Position numbers and translations under genes: made by a program. The notes under the pieces are model-generated. The model ran no database searches and was not told where the DNA came from. It saw only the letters and a program-made list of their open reading frames with translations. Of a stretch of DNA of 47,191 bases, positions 17,428 to 26,084 are shown piece by piece. Positions within the stretch are counted from its first letter, which is position 1, and the number at the start of each line of letters is the position of its first letter. The stretch lies in assembly GCA_020631435.1 (NCBI GenBank), contig JAHDHG010000001.1:1-47191 (forward strand), given 5' to 3'. The DNA comes from Bacteriovoracaceae bacterium (GTDB lineage: Bacteria; Bdellovibrionota; Bacteriovoracia; Bacteriovoracales; Bacteriovoracaceae).

Positions 17428-18645
17428 CTATTTTAATACTCTATATACGTCATCTGTATATTCTAAAAGATAAGTGACAGGCTTAATATTCTCTTTAAAA
17501 GTAGAATTGATTACTTTTGCTCCTGGATAAAATCCCCCACTCCACATTGATGAAGGAGTTAACTCAAAAGTGAAGCAAAAAATATTATGCTCTGCGAATG
17601 CCCAGTCACAAGTATCTCCAGTTGCTACATATAAATCTGAAGACTGCTGAGGTTTATATCCATTCCATTCTGCCATTGTATTTGCCATTTTCTTAAAAAC
17701 TTTTTCTTCTTGTCCTCCAACTGGATCATAAGTCCCACCCCAAGGATAAAGAATTAACTCAGAAAAAGTATGAAAACTAATCATTGTTTTAATATTTGAG
17801 TGAGATTCCACAAACTTCTTCACTGCTTTTGTTTCTGGCTCAGAAAATGGCTCTGTTCCCATATAAACATCTGACCCAGGCGCAGTAGAAGATCCTCCCT
17901 GACCCCATCTATATGAATAGTTTCTGTTAAGGTCTACACCCATTCTATCAGTACCTTTATTTTTCTTTCTATTTTTTCTCCACATCTTATATTTTTTTCC
18001 AACAATATCGTGAAGAGCACCATCTGGATTTAGAAGAGGCACTATATAAACAACTCTATCTTTCATTAAGCTCTTGAACTTAGAGTCTTTTTTAATTTGT
18101 TCAACAAAATACTCTGCCAGCATTAAAGGAATTTCAGTTGAAAGATGTTCTCTCGCATGATGAGTTCCAATTAACATCATCGCAGGTTTTTGAGTTTCTT
18201 TTTTAGAGCTACCTACAGTAATTGTTACACCTAAAAGATCTCTACCTTCGATACTCTTCCCCATCACGAATGTATTAACATACTCAGGGTTACCTTTTGC
18301 TAATTTTTTTAGATCATCCAGTACTTCATCGTAAGTATGAAAATCTTCATCACCTTTTGGAAATTCATATTCTCCATTTCCTGGAATTTTATTTTTTTTG
18401 TGGTTGTGAGAATCAAAAGATTTTTCAATCTTCATTTGTGAAGGTCTGAATTTCTTTTTTAACTTCTCAAGATCATGCGTATTAACAATTGCTGTAACAA
18501 AATTATCAGATACTGACTCCATATGAGCATAGTTTGCAATAACAGATCTTTGCTCTTTAGTACTTGCTTTAATTTTAACTAAATGCATTTTGGATGCGAA
18601 AGCAGGCAATAGAACAAGGGATAATAGAATACTAAGTTTAGTCAT
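17428..18645 (-). CDS. Secreted zinc carboxypeptidase, peptidase M14 family
   Basis: Signal peptide MTKLSILLSLVLLPAFA. GTHHAREHLS (HxxE zinc motif), DLNRNY and SFHTFSELILYPWG blocks are typical of M14. Confidence 0.88.
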   Translation of the reverse strand: MTKLSILLSLVLLPAFASKMHLVKIKASTKEQRSVIANYAHMESVSDNFVTAIVNTHDLEKLKKKFRPSQMKIEKSFDSHNHKKNKIPGNGEYEFPKGDEDFHTYDEVLDDLKKLAKGNPEYVNTFVMGKSIEGRDLLGVTITVGSSKKETQKPAMMLIGTHHAREHLSTEIPLMLAEYFVEQIKKDSKFKSLMKDRVVYIVPLLNPDGALHDIVGKKYKMWRKNRKKNKGTDRMGVDLNRNYSYRWGQGGSSTAPGSDVYMGTEPFSEPETKAVKKFVESHSNIKTMISFHTFSELILYPWGGTYDPVGGQEEKVFKKMANTMAEWNGYKPQQSSDLYVATGDTCDWAFAEHNIFCFTFELTPSSMWSGGFYPGAKVINSTFKENIKPVTYLLEYTDDVYRVLK

Positions 18646-18736
18646 AACTCCTCCATTGAGTAAAAACTTGAATATACTACTATGCTTTCAAAGTTGAAGT
18701 GTTAGGTCAATTAATATTATTAACCTATAAAAATGA

Positions 18737-19657
18737 TCAGGAAATATTCTTAGAGAAAGATTCGGCTTCAATAAAAACTTTTTTAAATCTTCCATCTATC
18801 TTTTTAATTACATTTGTCATGGAAGAAATTGATTTTTCTAACTCTCCAGCACTGAGATCATCTTTAAAATCAATGCTCATATTTAGTAAAATATCAGAAG
18901 GGCCAAGGTGCATTGTAAGAACTTGATTGATATTTGTGATATCTGGATGATCTTTGAGCTCCCCTTTAATGGCATTTACAATAATCGGATCAGCTGATTC
19001 ACCAATTAAAAGGCCTTTGGTTTCTTTAGCCAACCAGATAGCAACGAAAACTAATAATAGTCCAATAATAGTTGAAGCAATTCCATCAAAAATAGGATTT
19101 TTTGTATAATCAGTTAAAACTATTCCAACTAAAGCAACTAAGAGTCCCATAATGGCCGCTGAATCTTCAAAAATAATTGCGATCAAAGATGGATCTTTAT
19201 TATCATTAATGGCCTGAACCATATTTTTCTTTCCCTTCGTTTTCCAAAATTCTTTAAAAGCAAAAAAGCAGGCGCCACCTTCAAATATAATTGCAGAAAT
19301 CAAAATGGCATAATTGATCCATGTAGAGACAGATAATGAAGGATTTATTATTTGAGATATACCTTTATAAAGAGAAACTCCTCCCCCTAAAGAAAAAATT
19401 AAAATTGAAACCACAAAGCTCCAAAAATAAACTTCTTTTCCATGACCGAATGGGAACCTCTCACTTGCAGGTTTTTGAGAGATTTTATGAGAATGCAGTA
19501 ATAACCCTTGATTGCCAGTATCGACTAAGGAATGAACTCCTTCACTAAACATGGCAGAGCTTCCAGATATCGCTGCACCAATAAACTTACAAACTGCTAT
19601 TAACAAATTTCCTATTAAAGCAGCGATGATAGCAATTTTAGAATCACTTTTTGCCAT
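18737..19657 (-). CDS. Cation diffusion facilitator (CDF) family metal efflux transporter
   Basis: SGSSAMFSEGVHSLVDTGNQ (TM2 HxxxD-type motif), six hydrophobic segments and a C-terminal cytoplasmic domain. 306 aa. Confidence 0.85.
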   Translation of the reverse strand: MAKSDSKIAIIAALIGNLLIAVCKFIGAAISGSSAMFSEGVHSLVDTGNQGLLLHSHKISQKPASERFPFGHGKEVYFWSFVVSILIFSLGGGVSLYKGISQIINPSLSVSTWINYAILISAIIFEGGACFFAFKEFWKTKGKKNMVQAINDNKDPSLIAIIFEDSAAIMGLLVALVGIVLTDYTKNPIFDGIASTIIGLLLVFVAIWLAKETKGLLIGESADPIIVNAIKGELKDHPDITNINQVLTMHLGPSDILLNMSIDFKDDLSAGELEKSISSMTNVIKKIDGRFKKVFIEAESFSKNIS

Positions 19658-20570
19658 GAGATTCCTTTACAACGATAAAGTTAACTGGAACGTTCTTTAT
19701 TAAATCATAACTTGTCGAATTAAATCTAAAGCCATTTTTAAATCCAGGGTGAGGCTCCACGAATAATAAATCAACAGGATTTTCTGTGAAATATTTTTTT
19801 AAGTTTTCTGCTGGAGTTTTATCTACTGAAAAAATTAATTCTACTCTTGTGTTAATTCCTTCTTTTTCAAATGCTTTTTCATACTCTTCAAATTTTTCTT
19901 CTGCTAGTTTTCTTTTATAAGCGAGATAATTATTTTTATTTTTTTCAGCATCTTGATTAGTAGCAAAAACATTTTGATGCAAATCTCTTGAATCAAATGA
20001 TTCCACGTAGATAATCTCTACTTCACATTCAAAAACTTTAGCGAAGTTCTTTACTTGATTTAAAAAATTTAATTGATCATGTTCTGGATCAAAACATACG
20101 CCGATTTTTTTAGGAAGATGAGTTATCTCTTTTTTTGCAAGATAAACTGCTTGTTCTGTTCCAAAGATTAATTTTTCTACAAAATTTCCAAAGAATACTC
20201 TTTCAAAAAAAGTATCATCACTTGTTGTAATTAAAATCAAATCATCTTTATCTTGAGACTTAAAATATTCTTGAAGAGCAGAAAACTTTTTGCCTTCAAT
20301 AACATCTAATTCAAAATCTTTCATCGCAACTGAACATCTTTGATATTGCTCTTTCATTTCATCAACTAAATGAAGGGGAACTTTTTTACTCCATTCTTCA
20401 ATCTCTTTATAAAGTTGATCAGGATTAATAATTCCCATAGATTTTAATTTTTCAATTGTATAATCCCAATGAAATACTTTTGTATTGAGTTTCTCTTGAA
20501 ATTTCTTAGCTAAACTTAAAGCTAAATCACTATGAGGGGAAAAATCTGTAGCTACAAATAAGTTTTTCAT
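19644..20570 (-). CDS. Tandem universal stress protein (UspA) domain protein
   Basis: 308 aa. The N-terminus MKNLFVATDFSPHSDLALSLA is typical of Usp, and a second Usp-like half follows (KKIGVCFDPE…). It overlaps the CDF gene start by 14 nt. Confidence 0.7.
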   Translation of the reverse strand: MKNLFVATDFSPHSDLALSLAKKFQEKLNTKVFHWDYTIEKLKSMGIINPDQLYKEIEEWSKKVPLHLVDEMKEQYQRCSVAMKDFELDVIEGKKFSALQEYFKSQDKDDLILITTSDDTFFERVFFGNFVEKLIFGTEQAVYLAKKEITHLPKKIGVCFDPEHDQLNFLNQVKNFAKVFECEVEIIYVESFDSRDLHQNVFATNQDAEKNKNNYLAYKRKLAEEKFEEYEKAFEKEGINTRVELIFSVDKTPAENLKKYFTENPVDLLFVEPHPGFKNGFRFNSTSYDLIKNVPVNFIVVKESHGKK

Positions 20571-20661
20571 ATTTAATCCTGAGTTTATGTATAAGACTCT
20601 TTTTTAATCATCTTAAAAAAATGATAAGATTTAAAGAACTATTTATTCAAGGAAGAATAAA

Positions 20662-21414
20662 ATGATTATTAGGATGATACCTTTCTGGCTTGTATTTACG
20701 GCCTTTGCTCAATCAAACAAAAATTTTTGCGAAGCTAAAACCAATTACTCCACATTGATTAAAGACTTTAACAAGAAAGAAAATCTACTTGGCTTTAAAA
20801 ATGATGCAGGTTTATTTGATGAAGGAGTCTGCTGGTGGCATAGTCGGTTTCAAAGAAAAGCTCATTATTTATTACAATTTAAACCAGAGCAAAATAAATT
20901 AAGTGAAAAAGAGAATAAAAAAATTATCAGAAAGTTGATTAGAAATGAAAATGTCATTTCTATTCCTGGTTTCAAAAACTTAAATGAATTTAGCAAAACT
21001 TATAAGGATTATATTTTAAAGCGTTTGACTCTCTGGCAGGTAAAAGATGGCGGGCTTCGGTTTGCATGGATTAATGGTTTAGCTGGTAGAAGAGTTTTAA
21101 GTGAAGAAAAATTAAGAACAAAAATGGATGAGTTATATCAATATTTAAGCTTAGAGAATATAGCTTATGTAAAACAGCAATTAAAAGGCATTCCTTCACA
21201 TTCTTGGCTTATTCATGAAATGAAAAAGAATGAAGATGGCTACCTTATTAAGTATGTTGATAGTAATTACTCTGAAAAAGTTAAAACTCAAAAATATGTT
21301 CATGGTGATAAGACTTTTTATAAAAGGTCCGGAAAAGCATTTATGATTTTTTTAGAGCAAAGAAAAGAACAAGAGAAAATTAAAAAGACCGTAAAGACGT
21401 TCTGTGAACTATAA
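20662..21414 (+). CDS. Hypothetical secreted protein; possible clan-CA-like cysteine peptidase fold
   Basis: Signal-like N-terminus. GVCWWHS (Cys57) resembles the papain-type G-x-C-W-x-x-S block, and HSWLIHE…GYLIKYVDSNY (His180, Asp200/Asn202) lies at papain-like spacing. This is motif-level resemblance only. Confidence 0.75.
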   Translation: MIIRMIPFWLVFTAFAQSNKNFCEAKTNYSTLIKDFNKKENLLGFKNDAGLFDEGVCWWHSRFQRKAHYLLQFKPEQNKLSEKENKKIIRKLIRNENVISIPGFKNLNEFSKTYKDYILKRLTLWQVKDGGLRFAWINGLAGRRVLSEEKLRTKMDELYQYLSLENIAYVKQQLKGIPSHSWLIHEMKKNEDGYLIKYVDSNYSEKVKTQKYVHGDKTFYKRSGKAFMIFLEQRKEQEKIKKTVKTFCEL

Positions 21415-21427
21415 GTCTTTACGGTCT
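21386..21427. terminator. 13-bp inverted repeat between convergent genes (possible terminator, no clear U-tract)
   Basis: AGACCGTAAAGAC (21386-21398) and GTCTTTACGGTCT (21415-21427) are exact complements. The first arm lies inside the end of the plus-strand CDS. Confidence 0.4.
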
Positions 21428-21444
21428 AATATCTTTAAGAAGAA

Positions 21445-23031
21445 TTAATCTTCCATATAGTTTTTCATTTTGTATCTTGAAGCAACTAGAGCGAACGCTG
21501 CAGCAGCCACAAACATTAGAATAGCAAATACCCAAAATACTATATATTCAGTCGAAGCTGTAATCCCTAAACTATTCTTTGCATAATTAGTCATAAAATC
21601 TCCAGCATTTACAATGAAGCTTACGATTTGGTTTCCTAAAGAAACTGTTAAAAGCCAAAGACTCATCACGATAGACTTCATTGATCTTGGTGCTTGTGTA
21701 TAAGCAAACTCAAGACCTGTAATAGAAACCATTACTTCAGCTAATGTTATAATGACATAAGGAAGTCCTTGCCAAGCAACGTTAACCGATGCTCCGCCGT
21801 CCATCCTAGATTGAATCATTGCAACGACAACAAATGAAAGTCCTGCCATTGCCATACCAATAGTCATTTTTCTAAGAGGTGTTAGTTCAAAGAATTTATT
21901 TAACATTGGATACATAAATGATGCTGTAAATGGAATTAAAATCATCACTAAAATTGGATTGATACCTTGAACTTGTGAAGGAAGGATATTAAAGCTATCA
22001 CCTAAGAAAGGGAAAGCTCCAGCTAAATCTAAATTCATTTCCTTTGCTTGCAATACCCAAGTAGAACCCTGTTGATCAAAAAGTGCCCAGAAGACAGAAA
22101 CCATAAAGAAAATAGGAAAAATTCCAAAAACCGCATTCATACCTTCGAGACTATCTTTTCCATGCTTTTTGATAACACCCTCTTTGCCCGAACTTATTCT
22201 CGTAAAAAGTGTTTTAGAAAAAGAGTTTTTATCTTTACTAGCAATTAACCCATAAATAAATACAGGTGCTAAAATGATAAGAGGAAAGAAAAGTGGATCG
22301 ATACTAGTGATTCCATTAAATCCAATCATTGAAAAAATTGGGAGTAAACATGTTAGAGCAACACTTCCCCAGAACATCACATTAAACCCTTTAGGAGATT
22401 CTTCTGCTGGTGGAACGTGGACAAAGTGATTTCTTCCCATCCAAAAAATAACTGTAGCTATCGCCATTAAAATTCCTGGGATTCCAAATGCAATACCTGG
22501 TCCAAATTTATCAAGAGTCCAAGGAGTGATGAAACTTGAGAACATCGCTCCAAAATTAATCATAAAGTAAAATAAACCAAAGACTTTATTTAAAAGAGTT
22601 TCTTGTCCTTTCTTAAACTGATCTCCAACGTGAGCGGAAACACAAGGCTTAATCCCACCAGAACCAAGAGCAATCAAAGATAGTCCCGTAGCAAAACCGA
22701 ATTGATTTGTTTCAAAAACTGCAAGGTATAAATGCCCTAGACAATAAACAATAGATAAATAAAGAATTGTTTTATATTTTCCCCAAAATTTATCAGAGAT
22801 CAAAGCTCCAAAAACAGGGAATAAGTAACACATTGATGCAAAGTTATGATAAAGAACAGTTGAATCTTCTTTCGTCATTAATAAAAACTGAACAAGAAAA
22901 ACTGTAAGGATTGATCTCATTCCATAATAACTATATCTTTCACATGCTTCGTTCCCGACTATGTACTTTACTTGAGGTGGATACCTATCCAAATCCACTG
23001 TTTTATTCATCACTTTTGTTTTTGTATTCAT
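21445..23031 (-). CDS. Proton-dependent oligopeptide transporter (POT/PTR2 family, DtpA-like)
   Basis: GNEACERYSYYGMRSIL (PTR2 signature 1), FYFMINFGAMFS (signature 2) and multiple TM segments. 528 aa. Confidence 0.9.
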   Translation of the reverse strand: MNTKTKVMNKTVDLDRYPPQVKYIVGNEACERYSYYGMRSILTVFLVQFLLMTKEDSTVLYHNFASMCYLFPVFGALISDKFWGKYKTILYLSIVYCLGHLYLAVFETNQFGFATGLSLIALGSGGIKPCVSAHVGDQFKKGQETLLNKVFGLFYFMINFGAMFSSFITPWTLDKFGPGIAFGIPGILMAIATVIFWMGRNHFVHVPPAEESPKGFNVMFWGSVALTCLLPIFSMIGFNGITSIDPLFFPLIILAPVFIYGLIASKDKNSFSKTLFTRISSGKEGVIKKHGKDSLEGMNAVFGIFPIFFMVSVFWALFDQQGSTWVLQAKEMNLDLAGAFPFLGDSFNILPSQVQGINPILVMILIPFTASFMYPMLNKFFELTPLRKMTIGMAMAGLSFVVVAMIQSRMDGGASVNVAWQGLPYVIITLAEVMVSITGLEFAYTQAPRSMKSIVMSLWLLTVSLGNQIVSFIVNAGDFMTNYAKNSLGITASTEYIVFWVFAILMFVAAAAFALVASRYKMKNYMED

Positions 23032-23272
23032 TATTTCTCCATAAAATTTGACTATAAATACTTAACTTTTTCCCTCGGATAAATCAATCAAATTGAGTCT
23101 TATGTAAGAAACAAATAAAAATAAATCGATATTAAGATCTTTTTATTCAAATTCTTGAACTGAAAAGTCAGAATGGACGCACTTTTGTAAGAATTATGGA
23201 GAGAATGCCCCAGTAGCGTTATAATATCTTGAATACTAAACACTAAAATTTAAACAAAGGATTGGGAGTAAA

Positions 23273-24166
23273 ATGAGTTCTCATTCTAGTAGAAAAACCG
23301 TAACAACTAAGACCAGATCAATGAAACCAAGAAGCCCTCTCTGGCTTTTACTTTGGTTAATCCTTGCTGCACTTTGGGCATTTCTCTCGGGGGATTGGTA
23401 TGTATGCGTTATAGGGAAACAATGTGTTCCACCAACCACCACAACAACGACAACCACCACCACAACAACTACTATGATTACAACTACTACTTTAAAGGTA
23501 GCTGTCCAGGAGTTTGAAAAATTTTATTTCAAAAATAATGACTCACAAGTTTACTTCACTGGAAATTTAAATTCTTCTTATCCAATAATTAAAGAACTTG
23601 CTGAAGAAGATAAAAAGTTAAAAATTGTTGGGCATTACTTTAATGGTGAAGACAAAGAAGTTGGTCTAGCTAGAGCAAGTTCTATAAAAGAAAAATTTAA
23701 ATCTTTTGATTGGTATCAATCAATATCTCTTGATGCTAAAAAAATTGAGTCTGATTTTAGTCCTTCAAAATATGATGAATTTTCATTGGCAAGTGAGCTT
23801 CTAGTTGAAAAAGAACTCGATACCTTCAGAATTGAAAATCAAACGATTTACTTTGGGAAAAATGCAAGCAATCCTCATGAGTCTAAAAAGATCATTGATT
23901 TTCTAAAATCCATTGCTTCACAAATAAAAGCTAAGAAAATCAAAAAAGTTCATGTTGTAGGCCATACTGATAGCGATGGACAAGCTGATAAAAACTATAG
24001 ACTTGGTTTCAAAAGGGCCAAAACGATTAGAAGTCTACTTATAAAGCAAGGGGTTAGCTCAAAGAAAGTTACTTTTGAGTCAAAAGGTGAAGCGAAACCT
24101 GCTGCATCTAATAAAACAAAAGAAGGTAAGGCCTTGAATAGAAGAGTGGAATTAATTACTAAATAG
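23273..24166 (+). CDS. Inner-membrane-anchored OmpA/MotB-like peptidoglycan-binding protein with a poly-Thr linker
   Basis: Basic N-terminus, one TM (PLWLLLWLILAALWAFL) and a T13-MI-T4 linker encoded by mixed ACC/ACA/ACG/ACT codons (23435-23491). The C-terminal VGHTDSDG…NYRLGFKRA…NRRVEL is the OmpA_C-like signature. Confidence 0.88.
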   Translation: MSSHSSRKTVTTKTRSMKPRSPLWLLLWLILAALWAFLSGDWYVCVIGKQCVPPTTTTTTTTTTTTTMITTTTLKVAVQEFEKFYFKNNDSQVYFTGNLNSSYPIIKELAEEDKKLKIVGHYFNGEDKEVGLARASSIKEKFKSFDWYQSISLDAKKIESDFSPSKYDEFSLASELLVEKELDTFRIENQTIYFGKNASNPHESKKIIDFLKSIASQIKAKKIKKVHVVGHTDSDGQADKNYRLGFKRAKTIRSLLIKQGVSSKKVTFESKGEAKPAASNKTKEGKALNRRVELITK

Positions 24167-24178
24167 TAAGGGGAATAT

Positions 24179-25963
24179 ATGTACGAACATTTTGATATTA
24201 TTAAAAACGGATCGCCTTTATTAGAGATACTTGCAATGCTAGCTGGTGCTGGTATTTTAGGCTATCTATTATGTTGGTGGTTTATGTCTCGGAAATACTC
24301 CAGCACGGAAGTAAGTTACGATGATGAACACATATTTTCTAAATTTAGAGATATAGAAGGTCATTTAAATCATTTTGCAACAAGAGATATGATTCCTTCA
24401 CTTCCAGATTTTTCTAAGTTTGCTCTTAAAAGTGATTTAAGTCCTGATATTCCATTACCTGATTTTTCTGTGTTTGCAAAAAAGTCTGATATTCCTAATG
24501 TTCCATCAGCTCCTGACTTATCTCTTTTTATGAAAAAATCAGATCTTAAAATGCCAGAGATGCCTGATTTGAGTGGGTTTGTAAGAAAATCTGACTTAGA
24601 TAATTTTGCAAGTAAAAGTGATATTCCTGAAATTAACTTAAGCGAATATGCCAAAAAATCTGAAATTCCTGAAGTAAGCAGTTTTGCAAGAAAATCAGAT
24701 TTACCTTCTATGCCTGATTTACCAAATATGAATTTATATGCTCTTAAATCAGATATCCCAAATATCGATCTTAGTTTATATGCTAAAAAATCTGATATTC
24801 CTGAGTTTAATAGTGATGACTATGCAAAGAAATCTGATATACCGCAAATAGATCTTTCACCATATGCAAAGAAAAGTGAAATGCCTGTAGCTCAAGACTT
24901 AACTCAATATGTAAGAAGGTCTGAATTACCTGCTCAACCAGATTTAAGTCCTTATGTGAGAAAATCTGAATTACCTGCTCAACCGGATCTAAGTTCTTAT
25001 GTGAAAAAATCTGAATTGCCAGCACAACCAGATCTAAGCTTATATGCTAAAAAGTTTGAGATCCCTGTCATGCCAAATCTTCCAAACTTTTCTGAGTTTG
25101 CAAAAAAATCTGAAGTTCCAAGTTATAACCTTGCTAACTATGCTCTAAAATCTGAACTTCCAAAAATTGATTTAAGTGAATATGCAAAAAAATCAGATTT
25201 ACCTGAAATTGATATGAGTGATTATGCCAAAAAATCTGATCTCCCAGAGATTGATTTAAGCGCTTATGCGAAAATAACTAATCTTCCAAGCTCACCAGAT
25301 CTTAGTTTTTATGCTAAAAAATCAGAAATTCCAGCTCAACCAGATCTTTCTAAGTATGCTAAGAAATCAGAAATACCGAATTCTCCAGACTTATCAAGAT
25401 ATGCCAGAAAATCAGAGATACCAAATCAACCAGACCTTTCTAAGTATGCTAAGAAATCTGATATTCCTAAAATACCAAGTTCTCCTGATTTAAAGCCTTA
25501 TGCTAAAAAGTCTGATCTTCCACAAGATCATAAAAAAGATGTAAAAGCTCTTTATGCAAAAATAGAAAAGTTAGAAAAACTTATTGAAAAGTTAAAAGCT
25601 AAACCTGCTCCTAAAAAAGTAGCTAAAAAGAAAGTTGTAAAAAAGAAAAAAGTGGCTAAAAAAGTTACTAAAAAACCAGTCATGAAATATGACAAAAGTG
25701 GCGTTCCAAAAACTAAAATTACAAACTTTCTATCTATTAAAAACATTAAGGCAGATAAAAGAAAGAAAGATGATCTTCAAAGAATTAAAGGTGTTGGACC
25801 ATTTATAGAGAAAAAAGTTAATGCTTTAGGTATATATACTTTTAAGCAGATTAAGAACTTAAATAAACAAGACATCGAAATCATTACTGATGCAATCAAG
25901 TTTTTCCCTGGTAGAATAAAACGAGATAAGTGGGTTAATCAAGCTAAAAAGCTCGACAAGTAA
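24179..25963 (+). CDS. Single-pass membrane protein with ~25 copies of a ~15-aa repeat ([DN]LSxYAKKS[DE][IL]P…), a Lys-rich segment and a C-terminal H3TH/HhH-like domain
   Basis: AAGGGG RBS, 12 nt after the OmpA-like stop. N-terminal TM LLEILAMLAGAGILGYLLCWWF followed by RK (N-out/C-in predicted). KPAPKKVAKKKVVKKKKVAKKVTKKP tract. C-terminus DDLQRIKGVGPFIEKKVNALGIYTFKQI…FPGRIKRDKWVNQAKKL. Confidence 0.88.
   Translation: MYEHFDIIKNGSPLLEILAMLAGAGILGYLLCWWFMSRKYSSTEVSYDDEHIFSKFRDIEGHLNHFATRDMIPSLPDFSKFALKSDLSPDIPLPDFSVFAKKSDIPNVPSAPDLSLFMKKSDLKMPEMPDLSGFVRKSDLDNFASKSDIPEINLSEYAKKSEIPEVSSFARKSDLPSMPDLPNMNLYALKSDIPNIDLSLYAKKSDIPEFNSDDYAKKSDIPQIDLSPYAKKSEMPVAQDLTQYVRRSELPAQPDLSPYVRKSELPAQPDLSSYVKKSELPAQPDLSLYAKKFEIPVMPNLPNFSEFAKKSEVPSYNLANYALKSELPKIDLSEYAKKSDLPEIDMSDYAKKSDLPEIDLSAYAKITNLPSSPDLSFYAKKSEIPAQPDLSKYAKKSEIPNSPDLSRYARKSEIPNQPDLSKYAKKSDIPKIPSSPDLKPYAKKSDLPQDHKKDVKALYAKIEKLEKLIEKLKAKPAPKKVAKKKVVKKKKVAKKVTKKPVMKYDKSGVPKTKITNFLSIKNIKADKRKKDDLQRIKGVGPFIEKKVNALGIYTFKQIKNLNKQDIEIITDAIKFFPGRIKRDKWVNQAKKLDK
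24386..25535 (+). repeat. In-frame tandem repeat array, mostly 42-48 nt units
   Basis: Three adjacent 45-nt units start at 24920, 24965 and 25010 (SELPAQPDLSxYVxK) and are near-identical. CCAGA(T/C)CTTTCTAAGTATGCTAAGAAATC recurs at ~25341 and ~25431. Confidence 0.9.
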
Positions 25964-25993
25964 TCTCAAGATTTAAAAAATTTTTATTACATT

Positions 25994-26020
25994 AAGGCCT
26001 AATTTTTAGGCCTTTTTTTT
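25994..26020 (+). terminator. Rho-independent terminator
   Basis: AAGGCCT-AATTTTT-AGGCCTT hairpin followed by T-run (26013-26020). Confidence 0.8.
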
Positions 26021-26084
26021 CGCCTAGAAATAGAAAGATATTCCCCTGATATAATTAAAACGTAATCAATCTAAGGATTTAAGT

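Noticed and set aside
18700-18725. The AT-only palindrome TTAATA-T-TATTAA between the M14 and CDF genes
   Set aside because: A palindrome of this kind is expected by chance in such A/T-rich spacer sequence, and there is no supporting context.
23435-23491. The poly-Thr tract of the OmpA-like gene, considered as a slipped-strand phase-variation repeat
   Set aside because: The 17 Thr codons are a mixture of ACC, ACA, ACG and ACT with no uninterrupted simple-sequence repeat. Selection therefore appears to act at the protein (linker) level rather than on a slippage-prone DNA tract.
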